Source: Escherichia coli
GTDB taxonomy: Bacteria; Pseudomonadota; Gammaproteobacteria; Enterobacterales; Enterobacteriaceae
Assembly: GCF_003790525.1 (NCBI RefSeq)
Contig: NZ_CP033635.1
DNA: 64,000 nt
Direction: 5' to 3' (one strand)
In this document: piece by piece, positions 1 to 11,746 of the stretch
Position numbering within the stretch: the stretch's first letter is position 1
How the letters are laid out: every line of letters begins with the position of its first letter
Program-made: the position numbers and the translations under genes
Notes under the pieces: model-generated
What the model was told of the DNA's origin: nothing
The model's input: the letters and a program-made list of their open reading frames with translations, nothing else
The model's database searches: none

Positions 1-83
1 AATACCGTGGTCGTCTGGATAACGTGTTTGTTACCGTGATTGGTCTGCTGACCATCCTGAACATCGTATACAAACTGTTTTAA
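1..83 (+). CDS. tdcC: 3' end of threonine/serine transporter gene (partial, start outside window)
   Basis: Open frame from position 3 reading ...DNVFVTVIGLLTILNIVYKLF then TAA at 81-83; lies directly upstream of tdcD as in the tdc operon. Confidence 0.55.
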   Translation, partial: YRGRLDNVFVTVIGLLTILNIVYKLF

Positions 84-108
84 TCCGTAACTCAGGATGA
101 GAAAAGAG

Positions 109-1317
109 ATGAATGAATTTCCGGTTGTTTTGGTTATTAACTGTGGTTCGTCTTCGATTAAGTTTTCCGTACTCGATGCCAGCGACTGTGAAGTATTAAT
201 GTCAGGTATTGCCGACGGTATTAACTCGGAAAATGCATTCTTATCCGTAAATGGGGGAGAGCCAGCACCGCTGGCTCACCACAGCTACGAAGGTGCATTG
301 AAGGCAATTGCATTTGAACTGGAAAAACGGAATTTAAATGACAGTGTGGCCTTAATTGGCCACCGCATCGCTCACGGCGGCAGTATTTTTACCGAGTCCG
401 CCATTATTACCGATGAAGTCATTGATAATATCCGTCGCGTTTCTCCACTGGCACCCCTGCATAATTACGCCAATTTAAGCGGTATTGAATCGGCGCAGCA
501 ATTATTTCCGGGCGTAACTCAGGTGGCGGTATTTGATACCAGTTTCCACCAGACGATGGCTCCGGAAGCTTATTTATACGGCCTGCCGTGGAAATATTAT
601 GAAGAGTTAGGTGTACGCCGTTATGGTTTCCACGGCACGTCGCACCGCTATGTTTCCCAGCGCGCACATTCTTTGCTGAATCTGGCGGAAGATGACTCCG
701 GCCTGGTTGTGGCGCATCTTGGCAATGGCGCGTCAATCTGTGCAGTTCGCAACGGTCAGAGTGTTGATACCTCAATGGGAATGACGCCGCTGGAAGGCTT
801 GATGATGGGTACCCGCAGTGGCGATGTCGACTTTGGTGCGATGTCCTGGGTCGCCAGCCAAACCAACCAGAGCCTGGGTGACCTGGAACGCGTAGTGAAT
901 AAAGAGTCGGGATTATTAGGTATTTCCGGTCTTTCTTCGGATTTACGTGTTCTGGAAAAAGCCTGGCATGAAGGTCACGAACGCGCGCAACTGGCAATTA
1001 AAACCTTTGTTCACCGAATTGCCCGTCATATTGCCGGACACGCAGCCTCATTACATCGCCTGGATGGAATTATATTCACCGGCGGAATAGGAGAGAATTC
1101 AAGTTTAATTCGTCGTCTGGTCATGGAACATTTGGCTGTATTAGGCGTAGAGATTGATACAGAAATGAATAATCGCTCTAACTCCTGTGGAGAGCGAATT
1201 GTTTCCAGTGAAAATGCGCGTGTCATTTGCGCCGTTATCCCAACCAACGAAGAAAAAATGATTGCTTTGGATGCCATTCATTTAGGCAAAGTGAACGCGC
1301 CCGCAGAATTTGCATAA
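109..1317 (+). CDS. tdcD: propionate/acetate kinase
   Basis: ORF 97..1317; product [23 protein letters not shown]... matches the acetate-kinase family N-terminus. Start taken at the internal Met (MNEF) by recall of K-12 TdcD. Confidence 0.9.
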   Translation: MNEFPVVLVINCGSSSIKFSVLDASDCEVLMSGIADGINSENAFLSVNGGEPAPLAHHSYEGALKAIAFELEKRNLNDSVALIGHRIAHGGSIFTESAIITDEVIDNIRRVSPLAPLHNYANLSGIESAQQLFPGVTQVAVFDTSFHQTMAPEAYLYGLPWKYYEELGVRRYGFHGTSHRYVSQRAHSLLNLAEDDSGLVVAHLGNGASICAVRNGQSVDTSMGMTPLEGLMMGTRSGDVDFGAMSWVASQTNQSLGDLERVVNKESGLLGISGLSSDLRVLEKAWHEGHERAQLAIKTFVHRIARHIAGHAASLHRLDGIIFTGGIGENSSLIRRLVMEHLAVLGVEIDTEMNNRSNSCGERIVSSENARVICAVIPTNEEKMIALDAIHLGKVNAPAEFA

Positions 1318-1350
1318 TTTAGTTGAAGTATTGTAGAGAGATTATTTTTC

Positions 1351-3645
1351 ATGAAGGTAGATATTGATACCAGCGATAAGCTGTACGCCGACGCATGGCT
1401 TGGCTTTAAAGGTACGGACTGGAAAAACGAAATTAATGTCCGCGATTTTATTCAACATAACTATACACCGTATGAAGGTGATGAATCTTTTCTCGCCGAA
1501 GCAACGCCAGCCACCACGGAATTGTGGGAAAAAGTGATGGAAGGCATCCGTATCGAAAACGCAACCCACGCGCCGGTTGATTTCGATACTAATATTGCTA
1601 CCACCATTACCGCTCATGATGCGGGATATATTAACCAGCCGCTGGAAAAAATAGTGGGCCTGCAAACGGATGCGCCATTAAAGCGTGCGCTGCATCCGTT
1701 CGGTGGCATTAATATGATTAAAAGTTCATTCCACGCCTATGGTCGTGAAATGGACAGTGAATTTGAATATCTGTTTACCGATCTGCGTAAAACCCATAAC
1801 CAGGGCGTATTTGATGTTTACTCACCGGATATGCTGCGCTGCCGTAAATCTGGCGTGCTGACCGGTTTACCAGATGGCTATGGTCGTGGGCGCATTATCG
1901 GTGACTATCGCCGCGTGGCGCTATATGGCATCAGTTATCTGGTGCGTGAACGCGAACTGCAATTTGCCGATCTCCAGTCCCGTCTGGAAAAAGGCGAGGA
2001 TCTGGAAGCCACCATCCGTCTGCGTGAGGAGCTGGCGGAACATCGTCGTGCGCTGTTGCAGATTCAGGAAATGGCGGCGAAATACGGTTTTGATATCTCC
2101 CGTCCGGCGCAGAATGCGCAGGAAGCGGTGCAGTGGCTCTACTTCGCTTACCTGGCGGCAGTGAAATCACAGAACGGCGGCGCAATGTCTCTTGGCCGTA
2201 CGGCATCGTTCCTCGATATCTACATTGAGCGCGACTTTAAAGCTGGCGTACTCAATGAACAGCAGGCACAGGAACTGATCGACCACTTCATTATGAAGAT
2301 CCGTATGGTGCGCTTCCTGCGTACGCCGGAATTTGATTCGCTGTTCTCCGGCGACCCAATCTGGGCGACGGAAGTGATCGGCGGGATGGGGCTGGACGGT
2401 CGTACGCTGGTGACCAAAAACTCTTTCCGTTATCTGCACACCCTGCACACTATGGGGCCAGCACCGGAACCAAACCTGACCATTCTGTGGTCGGAAGAAT
2501 TACCGATCGCCTTCAAAAAATATGCCGCACAGGTGTCTATCGTCACCTCTTCCTTGCAGTATGAAAACGACGATCTGATGCGTACTGACTTCAACAGCGA
2601 CGATTACGCGATTGCCTGCTGCGTTAGCCCGATGGTGATTGGTAAGCAAATGCAGTTCTTTGGTGCACGCGCTAACCTGGCGAAAACGCTGCTCTACGCA
2701 ATTAACGGCGGGGTGGATGAGAAGCTGAAGATTCAGGTCGGGCCGAAAACAGCACCATTGATGGACGATGTGCTGGACTACGACAAAGTGATGGACAGCC
2801 TCGATCATTTCATGGATTGGCTGGCAGTGCAGTACATCAGCGCGCTGAATATCATCCACTACATGCACGACAAGTACAGCTATGAAGCCTCGCTGATGGC
2901 GCTGCACGATCGTGATGTTTATCGCACGATGGCATGCGGCATCGCGGGCCTGTCGGTGGCGACGGACTCCCTGTCTGCCATCAAATATGCCCGCGTGAAA
3001 CCAATCCGTGACGAAAACGGCCTGGCGGTGGACTTTGAAATCGACGGCGAATATCCGCAGTACGGTAACAACGACGAGCGCGTAGACAGCATTGCCTGCG
3101 ACCTGGTTGAACGCTTTATGAAGAAAATTAAAGCGCTGCCAACCTATCGCAACGCCGTCCCTACCCAGTCGATTCTGACTATCACTTCTAACGTGGTGTA
3201 CGGCCAGAAAACCGGTAACACGCCGGACGGTCGTCGCGCCGGAACACCGTTCGCACCGGGCGCTAACCCGATGCACGGTCGTGACCGCAAAGGTGCGGTA
3301 GCCTCGCTGACGTCGGTGGCGAAACTGCCGTTCACCTACGCCAAAGACGGTATTTCGTACACCTTCTCAATTGTCCCGGCGGCGCTGGGCAAAGAAGATC
3401 CAGTACGTAAAACCAACCTTGTCGGCCTGCTGGATGGGTATTTCCACCACGAAGCGGATGTCGAAGGCGGTCAACACCTCAACGTCAACGTAATGAATCG
3501 GGAAATGCTGCTGGATGCCATCGAGCACCCGGAAAAATATCCTAACCTGACAATCCGTGTCTCTGGCTACGCCGTGCGCTTCAACGCACTGACCCGTGAA
3601 CAGCAGCAGGATGTTATTTCACGTACCTTTACCCAGGCGCTCTGA
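1351..3645 (+). CDS. tdcE: 2-ketobutyrate/pyruvate formate-lyase (glycyl radical enzyme)
   Basis: 764-aa [27 protein letters not shown]...; PFL-family sequence; position in tdc operon. Confidence 0.92.
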   Translation: MKVDIDTSDKLYADAWLGFKGTDWKNEINVRDFIQHNYTPYEGDESFLAEATPATTELWEKVMEGIRIENATHAPVDFDTNIATTITAHDAGYINQPLEKIVGLQTDAPLKRALHPFGGINMIKSSFHAYGREMDSEFEYLFTDLRKTHNQGVFDVYSPDMLRCRKSGVLTGLPDGYGRGRIIGDYRRVALYGISYLVRERELQFADLQSRLEKGEDLEATIRLREELAEHRRALLQIQEMAAKYGFDISRPAQNAQEAVQWLYFAYLAAVKSQNGGAMSLGRTASFLDIYIERDFKAGVLNEQQAQELIDHFIMKIRMVRFLRTPEFDSLFSGDPIWATEVIGGMGLDGRTLVTKNSFRYLHTLHTMGPAPEPNLTILWSEELPIAFKKYAAQVSIVTSSLQYENDDLMRTDFNSDDYAIACCVSPMVIGKQMQFFGARANLAKTLLYAINGGVDEKLKIQVGPKTAPLMDDVLDYDKVMDSLDHFMDWLAVQYISALNIIHYMHDKYSYEASLMALHDRDVYRTMACGIAGLSVATDSLSAIKYARVKPIRDENGLAVDFEIDGEYPQYGNNDERVDSIACDLVERFMKKIKALPTYRNAVPTQSILTITSNVVYGQKTGNTPDGRRAGTPFAPGANPMHGRDRKGAVASLTSVAKLPFTYAKDGISYTFSIVPAALGKEDPVRKTNLVGLLDGYFHHEADVEGGQHLNVNVMNREMLLDAIEHPEKYPNLTIRVSGYAVRFNALTREQQQDVISRTFTQAL

Positions 3646-3658
3646 CGCCGGAGGATGT

Positions 3659-4048
3659 ATGAAAAAGATTATCGAAACGCAACGTGCCCCAGGCGCAATC
3701 GGCCCTTATGTTCAAGGCGTTGATTTAGGCAGCATGGTCTTCACCTCCGGGCAAATTCCGGTTTGCCCACAGACCGGTGAGATCCCGGCTGATGTGCAAG
3801 ATCAGGCGCGTTTAAGCCTCGAAAACGTCAAAGCGATCGTGGTTGCTGCCGGGCTGAGCGTGGGCGATATCATCAAGATGACCGTGTTCATCACCGATCT
3901 GAATGATTTTGCCACCATCAATGAAGTCTATAAGCAGTTCTTCGATGAGCATCAGGCGACCTACCCGACCCGGAGCTGTGTGCAGGTCGCGCGTTTGCCG
4001 AAAGATGTGAAGCTGGAAATTGAAGCCATCGCAGTACGTAGTGCGTAA
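3659..4048 (+). CDS. tdcF: RidA/YjgF-family enamine/imine deaminase
   Basis: 129-aa product MKKIIETQRAPGAIGPYVQG... from ATG at 3659, inside ORF 3596..4048. Confidence 0.9.
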   Translation: MKKIIETQRAPGAIGPYVQGVDLGSMVFTSGQIPVCPQTGEIPADVQDQARLSLENVKAIVVAAGLSVGDIIKMTVFITDLNDFATINEVYKQFFDEHQATYPTRSCVQVARLPKDVKLEIEAIAVRSA

Positions 4049-4119
4049 AGCCTCGTGAGCGGGACGGTCGCAAGGTCGTTCCGCTCCACTTCACTGAACG
4101 GCAATCCGAGGGTGTGGAT

Positions 4120-5484
4120 ATGATTAGTGCATTCGATATTTTCAAAATTGGGATTGGTCCCTCCAGTTCGCATACCGTGGGGCCAATGAATGCCGGAAAA
4201 AGTTTTATTGATCGGCTGGAAAGTAGCGGCTTATTAACCGCGACGAGCCATATTGTGGTCGATCTGTACGGGTCGTTGTCACTGACGGGCAAAGGCCATG
4301 CCACGGATGTCGCCATCATCATGGGACTGGCAGGAAACAGTCCGCAGGATGTTGTCATTGATGAGATCCCTGCATTTATAGAGTTAGTGACGCGCAGCGG
4401 GCGGCTGCCAGTGGCATCTGGTGCGCATATTGTTGATTTTCCTGTAGCAAAGAACATTATCTTCCATCCCGAAATGTTGCCTCGCCATGAGAACGGAATG
4501 CGGATCACTGCCTGGAAGGGACAGGAAGCGCTATTAAGCAAAACCTATTACTCTGTCGGCGGCGGGTTTATTGTCGAAGAAGAACACTTCGGCCTGTCGC
4601 ACGATGTCGAAACGTCCGTACCTTACGATTTCCACTCAGCAGGAGAACTGCTGAAAATGTGTGATTACAACGGCCTGTCTATTTCTGGCCTGATGATGCA
4701 CAACGAGCTGGCGCTGCGCAGTAAAGCGGAAATTGATGCCGGTTTTGCCCGTATCTGGCAAGTGATGCATGACGGTATTGAACGCGGGATGAACACTGAA
4801 GGCGTGCTGCCTGGTCCGCTCAATGTGCCGCGCCGTGCCGTAGCGCTGCGTCGTCAGTTGGTTTCCAGCGATAACATCTCTAACGATCCGATGAATGTCA
4901 TCGACTGGATCAACATGTACGCGCTGGCGGTTAGTGAAGAAAACGCAGCTGGCGGGCGCGTGGTAACGGCACCGACTAACGGTGCGTGCGGCATTATTCC
5001 GGCAGTGCTGGCTTATTACGATAAGTTCCGTCGTCCGGTAAATGAGCGGTCAATTGCCCGCTATTTTCTTGCAGCCGGGGCTATTGGCGCGCTGTATAAA
5101 ATGAACGCCTCCATCTCTGGCGCGGAAGTCGGCTGTCAGGGGGAGATTGGCGTGGCCTGTTCAATGGCGGCGGCAGGGTTAACTGAACTACTGGGCGGCA
5201 GTCCGGCGCAGGTATGCAATGCGGCGGAAATCGCGATGGAGCATAACCTTGGGCTGACCTGCGATCCGGTTGCCGGACAGGTACAAATCCCGTGCATTGA
5301 ACGTAATGCCATTAATGCCGTGAAAGCAGTAAACGCCGCGCGGATGGCGATGCGCCGCACCTCGGCACCGCGTGTTTCACTCGATAAAGTGATCGAGACG
5401 ATGTATGAAACCGGCAAAGATATGAACGATAAATACCGCGAAACATCACGCGGAGGACTGGCTATTAAAGTGGTCTGCGGCTGA
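4120..5484 (+). CDS. tdcG: L-serine dehydratase (iron-sulfur dependent)
   Basis: ORF 4114..5484; [23 protein letters not shown]... is the typical L-serine dehydratase N-terminus. Start may be 4114 or 4120. Confidence 0.88.
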   Translation: MISAFDIFKIGIGPSSSHTVGPMNAGKSFIDRLESSGLLTATSHIVVDLYGSLSLTGKGHATDVAIIMGLAGNSPQDVVIDEIPAFIELVTRSGRLPVASGAHIVDFPVAKNIIFHPEMLPRHENGMRITAWKGQEALLSKTYYSVGGGFIVEEEHFGLSHDVETSVPYDFHSAGELLKMCDYNGLSISGLMMHNELALRSKAEIDAGFARIWQVMHDGIERGMNTEGVLPGPLNVPRRAVALRRQLVSSDNISNDPMNVIDWINMYALAVSEENAAGGRVVTAPTNGACGIIPAVLAYYDKFRRPVNERSIARYFLAAGAIGALYKMNASISGAEVGCQGEIGVACSMAAAGLTELLGGSPAQVCNAAEIAMEHNLGLTCDPVAGQVQIPCIERNAINAVKAVNAARMAMRRTSAPRVSLDKVIETMYETGKDMNDKYRETSRGGLAIKVVCG

Positions 5485-5507
5485 CATTGCTGTCAGCTTT
5501 CATCCTT

Positions 5508-5534
5508 GGGTGCACAAATGTGCACCTTTTTTTT
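5508..5534 (+). terminator. rho-independent terminator after tdcG
   Basis: GC hairpin gggtgcacaaatgtgcacc followed by a run of T (tttttttt) just after the tdcG stop. Confidence 0.5.
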
Positions 5535-5758
5535 GTGATCTGCCGCAAATAGAGAATGAATATTCTCTTGCGATTAATTTAGTAGAAAATTCTTATCCAT
5601 CTCCGTTATTTCAAAGTCTTGATTGTGAAGATTTTCTCTGACCTCGCGCGTATCATTTCTTTATTCTAATAACTCGCCTGCAAAAACGTAGACCGCATAT
5701 CGCCTTGATGCGGCTCGGAAAAAAATAATAAGCCCTACAAAATATTGAGCGAGAAATT

Positions 5759-7090
5759 ATGGAAATTGCATCGAATAAAGGCGTCATTGCAGACGCTTCG
5801 ACCCCGGCGGGTCGTGCTGGAATGAGTGAGAGCGAGTGGCGAGAAGCGATCAAATTCGACAGTACTGACACCGGCTGGGTGATTATGAGTATCGGGATGG
5901 CGATTGGCGCGGGGATTGTTTTTCTCCCGGTGCAGGTCGGTTTGATGGGGTTGTGGGTATTTTTGCTCTCATCGGTGATTGGTTACCCGGCAATGTATCT
6001 GTTTCAGCGGTTGTTTATTAATACGTTGGCAGAATCACCAGAATGTAAAGATTACCCGAGCGTCATTAGCGGTTATTTAGGTAAAAACTGGGGCATCCTG
6101 TTAGGTGCACTCTATTTCGTAATGCTGGTGATTTGGATGTTCGTCTATTCCACCGCCATCACCAACGATAGTGCTTCCTACCTGCATACCTTCGGCGTGA
6201 CGGAAGGGTTGCTGTCAGACAGTCCCTTTTATGGTCTGGTACTGATTTGCATTCTGGTGGCGATCTCTTCACGCGGCGAGAAATTGTTATTCAAAATTTC
6301 GACCGGCATGGTGCTGACCAAGCTGCTGGTGGTCGCGGCGCTGGGCGTATCGATGGTGGGAATGTGGCATCTGTATAACGTCGGTTCGCTACCGCCGCTG
6401 GGGCTGCTGGTGAAAAACGCCATTATTACGCTGCCGTTTACCCTGACGTCGATTCTGTTTATCCAGACGTTAAGCCCGATGGTGATCTCTTATCGCTCGC
6501 GGGAAAAATCGATTGAAGTGGCGCGGCATAAAGCATTGCGGGCAATGAATATCGCGTTTGGCATTTTGTTTGTCACCGTCTTTTTCTACGCAGTGTCGTT
6601 CACGCTGGCGATGGGACATGACGAAGCGGTAAAAGCCTACGAGCAGAATATTTCCGCGCTGGCGATTGCGGCGCAGTTTATTAGCGGTGACGGCGCAGCG
6701 TGGGTGAAAGTGGTCAGCGTCATTCTCAATATCTTTGCAGTAATGACCGCGTTTTTTGGCGTCTATTTAGGCTTTCGCGAAGCAACGCAAGGGATCGTAA
6801 TGAACATCCTGCGTCGCAAGATGCCTGCCGAGAAGATTAACGAAAATCTCGTTCAGCGCGGCATCATGATTTTCGCCATTTTGCTGGCCTGGAGCGCCAT
6901 CGTACTGAACGCACCGGTGTTGAGCTTCACCTCTATCTGTAGCCCGATTTTCGGCATGGTAGGGTGCCTGATCCCGGCGTGGCTGGTTTACAAAGTACCG
7001 GCATTGCACAAATACAAAGGGATGTCTCTGTACCTGATTATCGTCACTGGTTTGTTGCTTTGTGTTTCTCCGTTCCTGGCATTTTCTTGA
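5759..7090 (+). CDS. cyuP: serine/cysteine transporter-like inner membrane protein (HAAAP family)
   Basis: 443-aa hydrophobic multi-TM ORF; synteny with K-12 yhaO (cyuP) between tdcG and yhaM. Confidence 0.85.
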   Translation: MEIASNKGVIADASTPAGRAGMSESEWREAIKFDSTDTGWVIMSIGMAIGAGIVFLPVQVGLMGLWVFLLSSVIGYPAMYLFQRLFINTLAESPECKDYPSVISGYLGKNWGILLGALYFVMLVIWMFVYSTAITNDSASYLHTFGVTEGLLSDSPFYGLVLICILVAISSRGEKLLFKISTGMVLTKLLVVAALGVSMVGMWHLYNVGSLPPLGLLVKNAIITLPFTLTSILFIQTLSPMVISYRSREKSIEVARHKALRAMNIAFGILFVTVFFYAVSFTLAMGHDEAVKAYEQNISALAIAAQFISGDGAAWVKVVSVILNIFAVMTAFFGVYLGFREATQGIVMNILRRKMPAEKINENLVQRGIMIFAILLAWSAIVLNAPVLSFTSICSPIFGMVGCLIPAWLVYKVPALHKYKGMSLYLIIVTGLLLCVSPFLAFS

Positions 7091-7117
7091 TTTCCCTGAA
7101 ATTTTAAGGTTTTTAAT

Positions 7118-8428
7118 ATGTTTGATTCGACTTTAAATCCGTTATGGCAGCGTTACATCCTCGCCGTTCAGGAGGAAGTAAAACCGGCGCTGGGATGTAC
7201 TGAACCGATTTCACTGGCGCTGGCGGCGGCGGTTGCTGCGGCAGAACTGGAAGGTCCGGTTGAACGTGTAGAAGCCTGGGTTTCGCCAAATCTGATGAAG
7301 AACGGTCTGGGCGTCACCGTTCCCGGCACGGGAATGGTGGGGCTGCCGATTGCGGCGGCGCTGGGAGCGTTAGGTGGAAATGCTAACGCCGGGCTGGAAG
7401 TGCTGAAAGATGCAACTGCGCAGGCAATTGCCGATGCCAAAGCACTGCTGGCGGCGGGGAAAGTCTCAGTTAAGATCCAGGAACCTTGCGATGAAATCCT
7501 CTTCTCACGCGCCAAAGTCTGGAACGGTGAGAAGTGGGCGTGTGTCACCATTGTCGGCGGGCATACCAACATTGTGCATATTGAGACGCACAATGGTGTG
7601 GTGTTTACCCAGCAGGCGTGTGTGACAGAGGGCGAGCAAGAGTCGCCGCTGACGGTGCTTTCCAGGACGACGCTGGCTGAGATCCTGAAGTTCGTCAATG
7701 AAGTCCCGTTTGCGGCGATCCGCTTTATTCTCGATTCCGCGAAGTTAAATTGCGCGTTATCGCAGGAAGGCTTGAGCGGTAACTGGGGGCTGCATATTGG
7801 CGCGACGCTGGAAAAACAGTGCGCGCGCGGCTTGCTGGCGAAAGATCTCTCTTCATCCATTGTGATTCGTACCAGCGCGGCATCCGATGCGCGTATGGGC
7901 GGCGCTACGCTTCCGGCAATGAGTAACTCCGGCTCGGGTAACCAGGGGATCACTGCAACAATGCCTGTGGTGGTGGTAGCAGAACACTTCGGGGCCGATG
8001 ATGAACGGCTGGCGCGTGCGCTGATGCTTTCGCATTTGAGCGCGATTTACATCCATAACCAGTTACCGCGTTTGTCTGCGCTTTGTGCCGCAACGACCGC
8101 AGCAATGGGGGCCGCCGCCGGGATGGCATGGCTGGTGGATGGGCGTTATGAAACCATTTCGATGGCGATCAGCAGTATGATCGGCGATGTCAGCGGCATG
8201 ATTTGCGATGGTGCGTCGAACAGCTGCGCGATGAAGGTTTCGACCAGTGCTTCGGCTGCGTGGAAAGCGGTGTTAATGGCGCTGGATGATACCGCAGTGA
8301 CCGGCAATGAAGGGATTGTGGCGCATGATGTTGAGCAGTCGATTGCCAACCTGTGTGCGTTAGCAAGCCATTCGATGCAGCAAACGGATCGGCAGATTAT
8401 CGAGATTATGGCGAGCAAGGCCAGATAA
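7118..8428 (+). CDS. cyuA: L-cysteine desulfidase
   Basis: 436-aa [41 protein letters not shown]...; synteny with K-12 yhaM (cyuA). Confidence 0.85.
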   Translation: MFDSTLNPLWQRYILAVQEEVKPALGCTEPISLALAAAVAAAELEGPVERVEAWVSPNLMKNGLGVTVPGTGMVGLPIAAALGALGGNANAGLEVLKDATAQAIADAKALLAAGKVSVKIQEPCDEILFSRAKVWNGEKWACVTIVGGHTNIVHIETHNGVVFTQQACVTEGEQESPLTVLSRTTLAEILKFVNEVPFAAIRFILDSAKLNCALSQEGLSGNWGLHIGATLEKQCARGLLAKDLSSSIVIRTSAASDARMGGATLPAMSNSGSGNQGITATMPVVVVAEHFGADDERLARALMLSHLSAIYIHNQLPRLSALCAATTAAMGAAAGMAWLVDGRYETISMAISSMIGDVSGMICDGASNSCAMKVSTSASAAWKAVLMALDDTAVTGNEGIVAHDVEQSIANLCALASHSMQQTDRQIIEIMASKAR

Positions 8429-8447
8429 TCGCCAGGTTTTGGGGAGC

Positions 8448-8556
8448 GTGCCGGATGCGATGCTGGCGCATCTTGTCCGGCCTACGGGGTGCGCAATTTG
8501 TTGATGTTGTTGTGTTTTGTAGGCCGGATAAGGCGTTTACGCCACATCCGGCACTT
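8448..8556. repeat. REP (repetitive extragenic palindrome) cluster
   Basis: gccggatgcg...cttgtccggcctac and taggccggataaggcgtttacgccacatccggcac: typical E. coli REP consensus units in an intergenic gap. Confidence 0.6.
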
Positions 8557-8560
8557 GTCT

Positions 8561-8725
8561 TTACGCGGTAGCTTCATCCTCGGCTAAACGCGTTTCAGCA
8601 TCCGCGACGATGGCTTCCAGCTCGCTCAACATCTCTTCATAGCCAAAATTTTTGGCGGTGCGAGAAGGTTCTTTCGCCACCACGGGCTTCACTGGCTGAC
8701 GCTTTTTGGCCGATTTTTTACTCAT
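8561..8725 (-). CDS. yhaL: small protein YhaL (54 aa)
   Basis: Hand translation of the minus strand gives MSKKSAKKRQPVKPVVAKEPSRTAKNFGYEEMLSELEAIVADAETRLAEDEATA*. Below the 60-aa cutoff of the ORF track. Sits between cyuA and yhaK as in K-12. Confidence 0.7.
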   Translation of the reverse strand: MSKKSAKKRQPVKPVVAKEPSRTAKNFGYEEMLSELEAIVADAETRLAEDEATA

Positions 8726-8747
8726 CATCATCTCCCTGTAAAAACAA

Positions 8748-9449
8748 CTAGACAGGCAAATCTATCAGCAAAGCGCGCAGTGGGGAATCGGCAACCAGCG
8801 TAATGTTAGCCTCGTCACGAATAAACGCCCCATCACCGCAGGTCAGCGCCGCTTTCTCTTCATGATGCGTAAGCGCATGAAATTTCCCGTGAATCGATTG
8901 CAAATACGCGCGTGGCCCATGCAACTGGAAATTCGCACTTTCGCCTTTGTCGAGCACGATATGGTGCAGCCACACTTGCTGGCGCAATTGCAGGCTTCCC
9001 ATCCCACCTTCTGGCGAGGCGATTAATTGCTGCTTGCTCATATTAAGCGCCAGTTTTTGAATCAGCGGATTCTCTCGTTGTGGGCAGGCATCCAGCCAAA
9101 GTTGCATTCGCGTTAACGATTTGTCTTTGCTGAGATTGTGTTCGCTATAGCTGACACCCGGCTGGGTAGAGAGCAGCAACACCTCACCGGCGCTGGCCTG
9201 AACATGATTGCCTTCGCTGTCGCGATACTCAGCTTCTCCATCCAGAATCACATTTAAAATATCGACTTTGGGATAGGTTCGCGGCTGAAAGGCGGCACCT
9301 GGGGCCAGCACTTCCTGGTTAAGCACGCGCAGGGAGGCATAGCCTAACAATTTCGGGTCGAAGTAGTGTCCAAAGGAAAAAGTATACCGGGCCTGCAACC
9401 ATCCGTAGTCTGCTTGTCCACACTGCCTGGCAGTTCGGGTAGTAATCAT
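8748..9449 (-). CDS. yhaK: pirin-like (cupin) protein
   Basis: 233-aa ORF; synteny and sequence recall of K-12 YhaK. Confidence 0.85.
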   Translation of the reverse strand: MITTRTARQCGQADYGWLQARYTFSFGHYFDPKLLGYASLRVLNQEVLAPGAAFQPRTYPKVDILNVILDGEAEYRDSEGNHVQASAGEVLLLSTQPGVSYSEHNLSKDKSLTRMQLWLDACPQRENPLIQKLALNMSKQQLIASPEGGMGSLQLRQQVWLHHIVLDKGESANFQLHGPRAYLQSIHGKFHALTHHEEKAALTCGDGAFIRDEANITLVADSPLRALLIDLPV

Positions 9450-9553
9450 AATTCTTGACCTCTCTTTACTTCCTTTTATGGTAAGGGGCTGGACGCTACA
9501 TTGTTAGCCAGATATTCTGCCCGGTATGTTCAAATTTCCTGAATGAGAACGAA

Positions 9554-10450
9554 ATGGCCAAAGAAAGGGCATTAACGCTGGAAGCACTACGGGTTATGGA
9601 TGCGATCGATCGCCGGGGCAGTTTTGCGGCGGCGGCGGATGAGCTGGGACGCGTGCCTTCCGCACTTAGCTACACCATGCAAAAATTGGAAGAAGAGCTG
9701 GATGTGGTGCTGTTTGACCGCTCGGGCCATCGCACCAAATTCACCAATGTCGGGAGGATGTTGCTGGAGCGAGGGCGCGTTTTGCTGGAAGCCGCAGATA
9801 AACTGACTACCGATGCGGAAGCTCTCGCGCGCGGTTGGGAAACGCATCTCACCATTGTGACCGAAGCGCTGGTACCGACACCTGCCTTTTTCCCGTTAAT
9901 CGACAAACTGGCGGCAAAAGCCAATACCCAACTGGCAATTATCACCGAAGTGCTGGCGGGGGCGTGGGAACGGCTGGAGCAGGGGCGGGCGGATATTGTT
10001 ATCGCGCCGGATATGCATTTTCGCTCCTCGTCGGAGATCAACTCGCGCAAGCTCTATACGTTAATGAACGTCTACGTTGCCGCGCCTGATCACCCGATTC
10101 ATCAGGAGCCGGAACCGTTATCTGAAGTGACGCGCGTGAAATATCGTGGAATTGCGGTGGCGGATACCGCTCGTGAGCGCCCGGTATTGACCGTACAGCT
10201 ACTGGACAAACAGCCGCGTTTAACGGTGAGCACGATTGAAGATAAACGTCAGGCATTACTGGCGGGGCTTGGCGTGGCGACGATGCCGTATCCGATGGTC
10301 GAAAAAGATATTGCGGAAGGGCGGTTGCGTGTCGTCAGCCCGGAATCGACCAGCGAGATCGATATTATTATGGCCTGGCGTCGTGACAGTATGGGGGAGG
10401 CGAAATCCTGGTGTCTGCGGGAAATTCCCAAACTTTTTAGCGGAAAATAA
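9554..10450 (+). CDS. yhaJ: LysR-family transcriptional regulator
   Basis: 298-aa ORF with N-terminal HTH region (RVMDAIDRRGSFAAAADELGRVPSALSYTMQKLE...) typical of LysR regulators. Confidence 0.85.
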   Translation: MAKERALTLEALRVMDAIDRRGSFAAAADELGRVPSALSYTMQKLEEELDVVLFDRSGHRTKFTNVGRMLLERGRVLLEAADKLTTDAEALARGWETHLTIVTEALVPTPAFFPLIDKLAAKANTQLAIITEVLAGAWERLEQGRADIVIAPDMHFRSSSEINSRKLYTLMNVYVAAPDHPIHQEPEPLSEVTRVKYRGIAVADTARERPVLTVQLLDKQPRLTVSTIEDKRQALLAGLGVATMPYPMVEKDIAEGRLRVVSPESTSEIDIIMAWRRDSMGEAKSWCLREIPKLFSGK

Positions 10451-10500
10451 TATTTGTTATTTTTAATAAAAAGGGGCGAAATATCGCCCCAATTCTAAGA

Positions 10501-10857
10501 TTAATTTGAACCAAACTTCGGATCGTTTCCGTAACGATTGCTGCCAGAATTGCCTTCTAAACAGGCAAATACAAACAGAACTAACCAGCCAATGACCGGT
10601 ACCAGATAGAGAAGCGCCCACGCACCTGAACGGTCAGTATCGTGCAGACGACGAACGCACAGAGCAATGACCGGAATGATTGTTGCTGCCAGGTAAATGA
10701 GAGAAAGGAATGGAAACTCTAAACCTAAAATCAATTGAATGACATTGATAATAGCGCCGACGATGGCGTTAATCAGAGTAAACATCCAGTACTCTTTACG
10801 ACGTGCGCGACCAGAGAAACCAACATAATTTTTTAATACGGCTAAATACCACTGCAT
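10501..10857 (-). CDS. yhaI: DUF805 inner membrane protein
   Basis: 118-aa ORF MQWYLAVLKNYVGFSGRARRKEYWMF...RRLHDTDRSGAWALL; paralogous to the adjacent yhaH. Confidence 0.8.
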   Translation of the reverse strand: MQWYLAVLKNYVGFSGRARRKEYWMFTLINAIVGAIINVIQLILGLEFPFLSLIYLAATIIPVIALCVRRLHDTDRSGAWALLYLVPVIGWLVLFVFACLEGNSGSNRYGNDPKFGSN

Positions 10858-11098
10858 AAAAACATCCCTTTAATTAAAAGTGACGAAAGTCTATTCCGGG
10901 TATTGTGTAAATGCTATTCGTATCTTTCTTTTTCGGATGTTATAAAGGTTTTGATATTTAAGATAAATACATGGTTATTTTTTATAGGTAATTTATATAA
11001 CGATATTGAAATATTTTAAATAAACATTAGTAAATTATTCATTCATCAACATGATGATAAAAGCCGGATGAGTCAGACATCCGGCGAGGAGATTTGTT

Positions 11099-11464
11099 TT
11101 AAGGTTCCAGTTTTGGATCAGGTCCAAAGCGGTTTTCGCCTGGCGTACCCGCCTGGCAGTTAAAGACGATGATAATAAGCCAGCCGATAAACGGGATTAA
11201 GAACAGCAGTGCCCACCACGCCGAGCGGTCGGTGTCGTGCAGGCGGCGGAACTGAACTGCCCACCATGGTAAAAACACCAGAATACCGTAGATTGTCGTC
11301 AGGATGCCTTCGCCACCGGCACGTTGCCAGCCTAACATTTTATCCAGTAGCCCCAGCACGAACGTAAAGATGATGTTGACCAGAATAAACATCCAGTACT
11401 CTTTGCGCCGCGCACGACCCCGGAAACCGACATAATTTTTTAGTACTTTCAGATACCAGTCCAT
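11099..11464 (-). CDS. yhaH: DUF805 inner membrane protein
   Basis: ORF 11099..11485; start chosen at MDWYLKVLKNYVGFRGRARRKEYWMF (internal Met) by analogy with yhaI and K-12. Confidence 0.8.
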   Translation of the reverse strand: MDWYLKVLKNYVGFRGRARRKEYWMFILVNIIFTFVLGLLDKMLGWQRAGGEGILTTIYGILVFLPWWAVQFRRLHDTDRSAWWALLFLIPFIGWLIIIVFNCQAGTPGENRFGPDPKLEP

Positions 11465-11597
11465 TTTTGCCTCAATTTTGCTCAATCACTTGTTTTTAAA
11501 GCAGCAAATTAAGAATAGACGTGAATGAAATGGCAGTAAATATTATCTCTATGAATTAATAAGGCGCTGTGAAGGATAGGGGCAAGCGCAAAATTGC

Positions 11598-11700
11598 CAG
11601 ATGCGCTACGCTTATCTGGCCTGCGCGGTCATTGCAACATATTGAATATAAATGTTTTGTAGGTTTGATAAGGCGTTTACGCCGCATCCGACATGAACAA
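11598..11700. repeat. REP element cluster
   Basis: Contains ...gataaggcgtttacgccgcatccgaca... REP consensus between yhaH and yqjG. Confidence 0.5.
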
Positions 11701-11746
11701 CATGCACTTAGCTAATTATCAGAGGCACATCGTAAGGTGCCTTTTT

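Noticed and set aside
2500-3276. Antisense ORF (258 aa) inside tdcE, and similar long antisense ORFs inside ebgA (43559..44515, 42284..43162, 44519..45175), uxaC (24905..25729), rlmG (33573..34367), cyuA (7168..7953), exuT (23043..23942), ygjR (31427..31816), uxaA (26467..26973), ygjK (37781..38164, 38756..39100) and others
   Set aside because: All lie entirely within, and opposite to, well-supported conserved genes. They have GC-rich, Arg/His-rich composition typical of spurious antisense frames and no ribosome-binding sites of note.
8440-8560. Possible CRISPR-like or IS-related repeats (also at about 11598-11700, 12790-12905, 34476-34566, 51201-51280)
   Set aside because: The repeats match the REP palindromic consensus (GCCGGATGCGGCGTGAACGCCTTATCCGGCCTAC-like), occur as one or two units in intergenic gaps, and lack the regular spacer-repeat periodicity of CRISPR arrays or IS terminal structure.
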